From Ophelia neglecta (lineage: Eukaryota): a stretch of DNA of 64,000 nucleotides. How positions within the stretch are numbered: position 1 is the first letter of the stretch; each line of letters starts with the position of its first letter. A program made the position numbers and the translations under genes. Below, one piece after another: positions 14,691 through 24,456 of this stretch. The notes under the pieces were generated by a model. The model saw only the letters and a list, made by a program, of their open reading frames with translations. It made no database searches and had not been told where the DNA came from. The DNA lies in the NCBI GenBank assembly GCA_965285935.1, contig OZ260663.1:104966001-105030000 (forward strand). The letters are read 5' to 3'.

Positions 14691-17487
14691 TGTCAACATG
14701 ACTGTACACTACACGACAACACTGGCGCTCGACCCTGTTTAGGGTTAGGGTTAAGGATGACCACAACCCTAACTCGCCCGCGGGTGAAACCTAGACGAGT
14801 TTATGTCAAACGTCTACTCCATTGCCGTTGTCTGAATATTGTCCAAATGTTATACACACACGTGTATGCCGTATCTTCAAAAGCAATGCCGTGGTCTGAT
14901 TGTTTTACTTTAGACAATAAAGGGGCTTTTAGGATGCCATTCTATTGCCTAATATTTTTTATTTACTCCAGAATAATAAAGAAAAATATCTATGTTCTCC
15001 TTAAATTTAAAGAATGGTATGTATATGATTCTTCAAAAGATATATAGACTAACACCAAAGACACGATCCGAGTTATTAAGAAGAGCAGGAGTTGAGATTG
15101 TGACCTGAAGCAGCTTTAAGAAGAAAACGTCCTTTTATAAAGAAATCCTCTACATTTCCTATCGATAATCTACTTTCGGTCCAAATCATGCGTGTCAAAA
15201 AACTTTTTTCCATCCTTTAAATTCATTGATCTACGGGAAAGCTGAAATTTTCTTTTGTGGTTTACTCCTGGTACCATTATGGGAAGGCTTAGGATAAAAA
15301 CTAGTTACTTCAAAATCCTATCTTTAAACAAGGCCTACATGTTTTATTAGTCAATAAAGGATGGACGCAGTGAATTGAATCAATGGCTCCCTTTAAGTCG
15401 TGTGTTTGCGTGATAACTAGCAAGTCTTTCCTCAATGATTTTGAGTCCGGTTGTCAAGAGAACAAAGAACTCGCTCAGAATTTAATAACAACGGCGCTGA
15501 GTACAAGAAAGTCAAAAAACAAGTCCCACTGGCCCATAGGCGATAATGTGCTTTGTCTTTGGAATAGGCACGTTGCGGTTTTATAAACTTTTATAAAAAG
15601 ACCTAGTATAATGACAAAAGGGAGTGGTTACCCGACTGGCAGGGCAAAATGATCACTTAGGAATTATTAATTCTTTTGTTTCCTAGTCTTCAGTAAACGT
15701 AAGCTTTATGCCAATACATATCAATAGACAGTTCCCGAATTACACATTCGGATGTTAATAGTAATAAAATTACAAAGTTGAAGTCACTTACAATCAGGAG
15801 TAGTGAACAATTTTCAAAGATGCTAAACGCTAATGGTTGTCATGGTAACCTTTGTGTCACGCTGATTGTGCAGAGATTGACACTGATGGAGCCGGCAAGC
15901 ATCTGACACGAGTCTCCTCTGATCGGTAATCACGTTGATCTGAGTGTCACAATTAATTTGCCGTCAAGTCGTTATTGGCATTGACATTGGCCATTTCCTA
16001 CAACCTAGTGTGGGTCATTATTTCAAGCATCTCCACGACATTGGCTTTTCATACCAGAATTATTCTCTTCATTGGATGCAGTGCTCTGTCAATGGGTCTA
16101 GGATCAAATCTCCATGGCAACCCTCATGGGGCTCGGCTTGATGGTCACTAAGATGAAGCAGATCAATGACACAGATGAGTCGTAAAATCCTTGTCAATAT
16201 GAATATATGGCATGAAGATAGAAAACTAGTTTGTTGAGAAAACACACAGCATTAGGATGGAATGATTAAAAAGCCTAACACGTGTAGGAATACCCTCCAA
16301 TGACCAATAACAATGCCTTATCTATTAGCGACAGATGAATCATTATTTCTACATATATATATATAGCATTTAACAATCATATTTACTTCAGGGAAGAGAG
16401 TTCCAACTATTCTACAAATATAAACCTTTGTTTTACGTGGGTGTTCATTTTTAATATTTTAGCAAAGATGTTTATTGAAGTTGATTGTGCAAAATACCGA
16501 AAACGGGTTTTAGATACCGGGTCAGCATTTGTCTCGACCTTCAAAAAGATATAACCCATTAGAAATGTTGATCATTTCAGAAAGTAAATGTGGTATATTG
16601 TATAATGGCATGGAAATCATTTGAAATCTTGAATAAGAGCACAATGTACAGATCGATAAAGTACAATATATATATCGGGAATGGTTGGGAATAATTATAC
16701 TACACCTGAAGAAATATCGCAATAAACAAGACAGTTTAGAGAATTTAGTAGATTATGAAAACCTATAAAAACGCATTAGGACAGAACAAAGCAACATTCC
16801 CGTGGAATTAACATCAACTTGTTTTGAATAGTTTTATCCATAAATTATTTCAAAAAAGGCGCTTTGGCATTGCAAATTAGTCGGGATTAACAAAAGCATA
16901 GAATTAATATAATATTCAACAAGTGAAATAGGAATGAGAATGTATCGCCTATTGCTAGCCAAAAAAAGTACAGCCAGGTTTCATCTTTGTAAATTCGACA
17001 TGCCCGTGGGCAGATTAGACATCATGGAGGCGTTCTATGTCCGCTCTTGACAGTTGTTATATACTACTAACAATCGATCAAGCTGTGTCATATGGCGTCG
17101 TTACAGTATATTGATACTTGGGCTATCGTCTCTCAAAAGCAGTTTTTACTTGGATGCATATTATAACGAGTTATAACGAGATTTTGACTTTTTAAAAATG
17201 ATGTTATATCCAACCAAACCAAACCGTAGCTACGTTATGCCTTGTTTTTCCAAATGTAGTTATACGGGTAGAAAAAATGTGACATGTATGATATTGATAG
17301 AGACTATAAATTTACTCTGGCGGGAATTTTCAACCCAGATAGGGCTTTTGGAGAATAATGTCAAGAAAATAGTGCACCTGCATGATGCAAGAAAAGCACA
17401 AAAAACAGATTTGATAGAAGAACCTAGTTGAACTAAACCGCAATAGTACATATATTGTTTCTTACCAGAATGTAAATTTCATTGCAG

Positions 17488-17766
17488 CAATTCCAGAGTA
17501 CTGCCAATTAGAGAAATTCGAAGCGACCTGCAGTCAGAATCAAGTTATCGTCATGGAGATGGCACGTTACGGACGCATGCGCCTTGGTCGGTGTGTACGA
17601 CGGAGTTACGGATATTTAGGGTGTGCGGCTGATGTTTTGGCATATGTTGACAGGCGTTGCAGCGGGCGGCAGAAGTGTGAATTCCACGTGGCTGACCTTC
17701 ATGGCAGTCAACCGTGCCCAAATGACTTGACCCCCTTCCTCGAGGCTCAATACACATGTCTGGATG
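17488..17766 (+). CDS. Exon 2, SUEL-type (galactose/rhamnose-binding lectin fold) domain, copy 1
   Basis: tttcattgcag acceptor, G|GTAATT donor, 279 nt, phase 1-1. (A)IPEYCQLEKFEATCSQNQVIVMEMARYGRMRLGRC...CSGRQKC...QPCPNDLTPFLEAQYTC has the YGR motif and SUEL cysteine spacing. An in-frame alternative acceptor at 17497 is possible. Confidence 0.85.
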
Positions 17767-18082
17767 GTAATTGTATTTAAGTATTAATGGTCTAACTACG
17801 AAGCAGATAAATTACAGGATAATGCTTGGTCAATGACAGGACTCCGGTCAAACCATCAAAATTCAACTTTTTGTATGTAAAGTCCACATGTTGGGTTTCT
17901 AAGTTTTCATGTCATAAGTACTATTGTTTGAAGTATCAGCATAATCTTATTTAGTGATCGTTTTGCCTAGTGTTATACAAACATGTATTTATTTCTATGT
18001 ATTTATAGCAACACATTATGGAATAAAATTGTATTTAAGTAGCAATTTAGATATGAACTTGTATGTAAAATTTTCATTTCAG

Positions 18083-18481
18083 TCACCAAGAAGTCGCCAC
18101 AGGTGTGTAGTGCTTCGTCGCCGATAGTGATTAACGCACCAAGTGGTTTTCTGGCAAACTCACTTACAATGGAAACTGGACAGGGTTCGCCCACATGTCC
18201 CTGGAAGCTAAAAGTCCTTCCGGGTCAAAGGTTAAACATTACCCTTGTAAACTTTGCTCGTGTGGCCCTTCAGAACCAGGCATTGGACCAGAGTGGAAGT
18301 ATGAAAACAAAGATTTGTTTCCAATACGCCATCCTGAAGGAGGTGGATTACATGCGCACCGTTACGGAGTGTGAAGGCGGCGCGCGCACATCGCACACAT
18401 ACCTATCTACGTCTAACGAGGTAGAGATACAAATACTCACCAAAAGCTTACACCAGATTTACTTTCTGCTTAGTTACCAAG
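18083..18481 (+). CDS. Exon 3, CUB-like domain, copy 1
   Basis: ttttcatttcag acceptor, G|GTAATT donor, 399 nt, phase 1-1. C...SGFLAN...CPWKLKVLPGQRLNITLVNF...C...C...YLSTSNEVEI...FLLSYQ is a CUB pattern. Confidence 0.88.
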
Positions 18482-18536
18482 GTAATTGACAATTACGCTA
18501 TGAAATTCTTTTTCACAAGGTATCGGCTTACAATTA

Positions 18537-18704
18537 CAGTGAAACCTGCCTTAAAGACCACCTCTGTAATCAGACCACCTGTCTATTCAGACCAGCAGTA
18601 TGAAGACGTTGCTGTAAACTTTCAATGTTAAAGAACCTGGCTAAACAGACCAACTCCAAAATCAGACCAGTCCCATTGGTGGTCTGAATTAACAGGTTTC
18701 ACTG
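18537..18704. mobile_element. Tc1/mariner-pogo-type MITE (duplicate at 29659-29826)
   Basis: TIR CAGTGAAACCTG...CAGGTTTCACTG, TA on both sides, internal AGACCA subrepeats. Confidence 0.85.
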
Positions 18705-18860
18705 TATATTGTTTTCATTGAACAGAGTAACCGCATTGCCGATTTTATTCGAAAGTCTTGAAATTGCTTGAATATTTTAAACAAATAATAATATCTTGCC
18801 ACATTCTCTACAGATAGTCGACATGATACTTATAATTATAAGAATTTGTTTTGCTCACAG

Positions 18861-19016
18861 CTGTTGGATGTCCCAATCCGACACTTCCCGGTGATCTGTG
18901 GTACAAACGTACTGGAGAAACAGCCTTGGTCACGTGCAATGTGACGTCTCAGACATGGCGGATAATTTGCACTGAGGGTGAATGGTTCGGGGAGGTTGGA
19001 AACTGCACCAACGTTT
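18861..19016 (+). CDS. Exon 4, CCP/sushi-like module, copy 1
   Basis: ttttgctcacag acceptor, T|GTGAGT donor, 156 nt, phase 1-1. VGCPNPTLPGDLWYKRTGETALVTCNVTSQTWRIICTEGEWFGEVGNCTNV has 4 Cys plus C-x4-W. Too short for the ORF track. Confidence 0.82.
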
Positions 19017-20964
19017 GTGAGTGATTCAAATTTTGTCTTAAAACATATCTGTTTTATGAGTCTTTCACCTGTCTTTGGTGATCAAATTCTGGTAGTGACA
19101 ATTCGCGCCTGACGAATTGAAGGATATTTCTTACATTTAGACAAGAGTTAAAAATCGTCCTGGTCATTCAGGGTATTATCCTATCACAGGGGTTTTGTAT
19201 GGTAGAACTCTTGACTGAAATAACGCATTAAAGGGCTGCTCGTCAAGTGACGTCTCCATGCCAATCGCCTTACCTCAGTGGTAAATGGTACAGGTGGACT
19301 TAACGTAGTGACAAAATGTATAAACTGATATTACACCAAGGCAAACGGCAACGATAGCGATAGGTGGTAAATCCTGTATACTATACAGAATTAACTTGAG
19401 GTTTCATGGCGGAGGCTGTAACAACAATATGTGCCTTATTTGTACAAACTTTTTGTCACCGCTATTGTGAAAAACTAACATTCTGGCAAATAGATTGATG
19501 TAGCCTGGTTTCGCTGACGACAACATAGCAGCTGTTATAGGGACTGTTACTTTTAATTTCCCGGGGTTAATAGCTTTCATTCGAATTTTCTGTGCAAGAT
19601 AATTTGATATATCGTCATATTGCGAACTATTTTGTTTTGAGTATAAAGATCGGTGTTGCCTGGCTAATTTTATATAGGTTTGTACTCGGATGTGTGTGAT
19701 TAGTTTGTGGTGTAATACATTTTCTGTGTGTGTGTGGGTTAGTCAAGTCGGATCTCACCTCTTTTGTGAAGCAAATGCAGGCAGATCTTCGTCTCAACAC
19801 AGGGCGACGTGAATGTGCCAATGCTTTTTGCTTTAAGAAAGTCCTAAAACGCCATCGCTTCGGGGTCTTGTCGGGTTCATGTCATAAGTAAACTGCCCGT
19901 CCCCGTCCTCTCAGGTCAATATACTATGAGTGAGTGCACACCACGGCAAGAAATTGGATACCACTGAACTAATTAATTGCATTAGAAAAACTCCCCCTCC
20001 GTGTGGACTATTGTCTCGTATGTGGCTGGTTCCGATATGAAACGAAAAGATTGCCATTAAACGTGGTGCGATCAATATTTCAGTTCTATGTAAATGTAGA
20101 AAACCGTTCTAATTAGAGCATGAAAGACACTAAACACATTGAATTAGCTCAGTAAACATAATAATCTTGTATGATCAGCTTTTTAAACACACTTGGGGCG
20201 GTATAACAGTTTCGAAAGTCGGAGGGTAAACAATGCCAGGTGACACATCAAACAATTAACCGCTCGTTTTTTTTCACGCGGTATACTATGATCAACCTTG
20301 CCTGCATCTACATCGTCTAGGGACACTATATAACACTCAGATATTTCTTCAATTTCGGCGAGATTGTATTTAAATGAAGGCAATGTTTTATGATTCATTT
20401 CTATTTGGAGATTTCAGAAGAGTTTAACATTTGTCATATTGGTAACAGATAGGGATGCCGCATACACTTAGAGTGAATCCTCCGTGTCCTCCAAATAATT
20501 GGTGACCACATAAAACAAAGCCATGTACTAGCTAACGCCTTACTGTGATCATTTAGTTTCTTATATCCCGTAGCGTGGTTGCCATTAGTTACAAATGAAT
20601 ATTGGTATTCGGTGGGGGGGGGGGGGTACTCTAGCAGACGAGATTTTATACCCATCGATCCTTAAGTTAAATCCAGGCTAACTTATTGCACCGAGAGTGT
20701 AATAATGTAATGTGAGTCAATATATTTGTCAGGGAGCAAGCCACTGAGTCAGGTAGAAGATCAAACAGACGACGGCGTCGCCGATATCCGTTGGTAATGA
20801 CATCGTATTGAATTAAAGCTGTATCAACTGCCTGAATAGGCTGTGTTCATACTCAAAGTTCAAACCTTCACACACATTGACAAAACGCCATTTTCACTCA
20901 TTGCGCGCTGTAATAGTGCAATAATACTTTTTTCTTAATGTACAGCTTCGAATTTTCCACCATA

Positions 20965-21910
20965 GACTGAAGAATTTAGTAATTTGTTACTCTAACAGAA
21001 GCTGCCAGTAACATCGGTTATTAACTTGTTACGAATACGGACTGGGGTGTTTAGTAATTTGTTATGCTAACAGACTCACGCGGTTAATAACTCTTTTGGA
21101 ATACAAACTGAAACGTTTAGTAACTCGTTAACGATCACAGACTGAAGTGGTTAGTAACTCGTTGCCATTACAGACTGACACTGTTAGTGACACTGTTGGT
21201 AACTCGTTGCCATTACAGACTGACACTGTTAGTGACACTGTTAGTAACTCGTTGCCATTACAGACTGACACTGTTAGTGACACTGTTAGTAACTCGTTGC
21301 CATTACAGACTGACACTGTTAGTGACACTGTTAGTAACTCGTTGCCATTACAGACTGACACTGTTAGTTACTCGTTAGGATTTCAAATTAGAACGAGTTA
21401 GTAACTCATCACGATCACAGACTGAAGAGGTTAGTAACTCATTTCCATAAGAGAATAATGCGGGTAGTAACTCGTTCGCATTTCAAGCTGACCACCAAAG
21501 CGTGTCCGAGTGCTTAGGTCGTCCGCCTCGCAAGTGGCGCAAGTGGTCAACCCGGTGTCAGTATAATGTGACTGGGTGGGGTTCCCTGTCTGGTGTCTAC
21601 GGCAGGTACTCCAGTGAGGCAGCACTCTAAAGAGGGCATTGGGCCCACTGTCACAAGTAGGCACCGTGGCGATATGACCAGATAAGTGTTGAAAGCCACG
21701 TAAAACCCACACAACTTGGCACCACCTTGGTGGCGGTAAATAACTCGGTATCATTACAGACTAATTCGGTTAGTAACTCGTTGGGATTACACATCTGAAA
21801 CGGCTACCGGTAGTTACTCGTTACAAACACAGACCGAAGCAGTTACCAACTGGTTACGATCACGCGGTTAGTAACTCATCACAGACTGAAGTGGTTTAAA
21901 ACCCGTTATT
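20965..21910 (+). repeat. Degenerate ~33-bp satellite with a homogeneous 45-bp core at about 21150-21376 (duplicate at 32086-33031)
   Basis: Core unit GTTAGTAACTCGTTGCCATTACAGACTGACACT+GTTAGTGACACT about 4.7 times; flanking units GGTTAGTAACTC...CACAGACTGAAG. Confidence 0.9.
21494..21715 (+). mobile_element. Internally deleted copy of the SINE (duplicate at 32615-32836)
   Basis: Head ACCAAAGCGTGTCCGAGTG and 3' body are present; the B box and about 100 bp are missing; inserted in an intronic satellite. Confidence 0.85.
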
Positions 21911-22934
21911 AGATGACGTGATTCATTAACCTGGTTTTGTGTTAATTTGAGTTAATTAACTAGGCTGCCACACACTACATTTCTTGCGAATACATTCACT
22001 GTGTCGCAGAATGTCTTTCGTACGTCTTTGATGCATTAACTGTTTGGGCCAATTTCGCCCTGTCAGCCTCTGACAGCGACAAATAGGAAGTGGTGAGTGG
22101 GACGATAGGGTGATTACAGGGATTGCTTTAAAAATAAAGCCGTGGTTGACTCTGTCACCATACCCATGCCAGTTAATTGTCAGTTTTCTCAGCCTATACC
22201 TACAGCGTTTAACACCATGTGCCGCGGCGCGTAATGAGTAAAGCCATTTGTATTCTCATCTTGAATGGTATCAAGTAATGACAAGATGTACCGCCGTGCT
22301 TATTAGCCTTATGATAAAATAGTGCGAACTTGGACAATTGATTCAGAAGTATAGTGCAAACAGGCAGGCCCGTGAATTTAAATTTCTAAATTAACAGAGA
22401 ACATATATGCCAGTTCGTTCTAGGACAATTCTTTCATTGAAAAGAAATATTTTAAAACCTGATTTGTGTAATTGTTAAATAAAAAGAGTTCAAAAGAAAT
22501 TTGATATTTCGTTTTTGGGACTCGGTTCGCATGAATTGACGTATAATGATACCACACCAAATAATATACTTTACCATAGCTTCACATGTCGTCTATTGCC
22601 AAGGTTGGAATGCTAAGATAATTGCCATATACAAACTAATATGCTTTATCGCCGTGTGCCTCATTTTAACAAGTCGCTGCCTAATTGTTTAGTCTATGAT
22701 ACCGTGAACTGTGCTACGGAAACGTTAATGTTTACCGCTGCACCATTTTTCTCCAGTTGAGACATATATTTGTCAATTTCAGTTGCCCTTAACGCCAGGA
22801 ATGTATGCCCCCTAACATTTGCCTAGCATTTTGTCCTTTTATCATATTGCTTGAAATCTTGAAATGGGAACCGGCAATTGTTATGTCTGAAACAGTTAAA
22901 CTAGTACTTACATTAAGAAGTGTTTGTTTTTCAG

Positions 22935-22988
22935 CAACAAAGTCTTGGAAGATGGGCCAGCTGTTTGAAGGCAACTCTTTTCCATACA
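22935..22988 (+). CDS. Exon 5, juxtamembrane linker, copy 1
   Basis: tgtttgtttttcag acceptor, A|GTAAGT donor, 54 nt, phase 1-1; STKSWKMGQLFEGNSFPY. Confidence 0.72.
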
Positions 22989-23290
22989 GTAAGTACGTGC
23001 CAGATATGCAGTAAGTACGCGCCAAGTATAATGTAAGTTCGAGTCAAGAACACAGAAAGTACGCGTCAAGTATTACTAAGTACGTGCCAAGTATGCAGTA
23101 AGTACGTGCAAAGTATAGAGTAAGTACGGGCCAAGTATGCAGAAAGTTCGCACGAAGAATGCAGTAAATACACGCCAAGCATGCAGTTAATACGCACCAT
23201 GTATGCGGTAAGTACGCCCCAAGTATGCAGTAAGTACGCCCCAAGTATGCAGTTAGTACGCCCCAAGTATGCAATAAGTACGCGCCAAGT
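22987..23290 (+). repeat. 22-bp minisatellite (CAGTAAGTACGYGCCAAGTATG), about 14 units (duplicate at 34108-34411)
   Basis: Period of 22 nt beginning at the exon 5 donor. Confidence 0.9.
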
Positions 23291-23552
23291 AATTTTTTGG
23301 ATTATTCCTAAATTCACAAGTTTTTAACTCGCGTGAATGATCTGAAAATCCATCTAAAAAGCATTGTCATTGTGTTTGCGGCATACATATACATAAAATA
23401 ACAGTTGGTGACTCTATTCATAGCAAAATATCATTTTGGATTTTGCTGGTTCTTCTCCACAGCCAATTTGTTAGTTTGTCCAAAGACTCCGTTTACTATG
23501 TGACGATACTTATCTATAAGCTTTCAAAAAAAAGAACATGTTATGCTTGCAG

Positions 23553-23640
23553 GTATCCTTATTGTCGTAGCAATTGGCGTGGCCCTTGGAGTGTTTCTTG
23601 GCGGCCTTCTGCTCGTGTGTGCGTCACGATACTTCAGAAA
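23553..23640 (+). CDS. Exon 6, transmembrane helix, copy 1
   Basis: tgcttgcag acceptor, AA|GTAAGC donor, phase 1-2; ILIVVAIGVALGVFLGGLLLVCA followed by basic stop-transfer residues RYFRK. Confidence 0.85.
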
Positions 23641-23930
23641 GTAAGCTAATATACATCTTCAAATAGCATAAATTCATTTGACACCTGAACGCTGTGAACC
23701 AGTTCTGAGGAATGTGCATATATTGTGCTATTTGTTACATTATGGGTAAATTTCGAAAAATTCCACCGTATATGACAGCGAAATAAGAACATGGAAAAAA
23801 TTAAACAATGCCTCTTTGTTCAGTTCAGATATGAGATATTAGTCATTTTAAATTTCTATAATGGAATAGGCAATTTGGGTTTAAATATTCCTTGTAGTAA
23901 GCGAATTATAAATTTGTTTCATCACTGCAG

Positions 23931-24252
23931 GAAGCGTCGTAGCCAGCATCGTGCAGGGAGCTACCCTCAAGATATCTACATACCGGAACAAAGTAAAATG
24001 ATGATGACAAACTATGACGAAACACTTCAAAGGAAACACGTGACCAGCGCTTGTGATTATCCTAAAACTACGGAATTTCAAGGTCAAGGTCAGACAACAT
24101 TAGACCAATCCGGAGGGGTGGACGATTGCAGGTGTCCTTATAGCGCATACGCTAGTCTTCCACCCCCCGGATACCCAAGATGTGCAAATGGACCTTCCCA
24201 ACTCTCGGCTCACGCTCTCGGCTCTCGATATGATCGGAAAGACAGTGTATGA
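23931..24252 (+). CDS. Exon 7, cytoplasmic tail with stop codon, copy 1
   Basis: tttcatcactgcag acceptor, phase 2; KRRSQHR...SAYASLPPPGY...RKDSV*. The seven exons sum to 1410 nt = 469 aa + stop, with the frame kept throughout. Confidence 0.82.
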
Positions 24253-24450
24253 CCAGCACAGGTCCAGAGACGTATAAAAATAACCATGTCGCTTTCCGAA
24301 ACAAGTGTATAAATTTGTGAAAAATAGTCTGTTGGTTGTATTAGGACCCGTGGCCAAAAGAAAACGATCAAACATTAAAGAAACATTCAACAAGGATGTT
24401 TTATAAAGTGAAATCAAGATTATTTTGTTCAAAAATGTAATATATTTGCT

Positions 24451-24456
24451 AATAAA
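24451..24456 (+). terminator. Polyadenylation signal of copy 1 (duplicate at 35572-35577)
   Basis: AATAAA about 200 nt after the stop codon, followed by T-rich sequence. Confidence 0.5.

Noticed and set aside
14649-15047. 132-aa ORF (and its duplicate at 25770)
   Set aside because: Starts at GTG in minisatellite, runs through low-complexity intron sequence, no domain.
21128-21401. CRISPR-like or repeat-protein ORFs in the 45-bp array
   Set aside because: Units are contiguous with no unique spacers and no cas genes; the ORFs arise because 45 is a multiple of 3; intronic.
22783-22802. Possible extra micro-exon (tttcag|TTGCC...GAAT|gtatgc)
   Set aside because: Its 20-nt length would break the phase 1-1 frame.
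23791-23930. N-terminal part of the 153-aa ORF (also 34912-35051)
   Set aside because: Intron 6 sequence upstream of the acceptor at 23930; only the portion from 23931 is exon.
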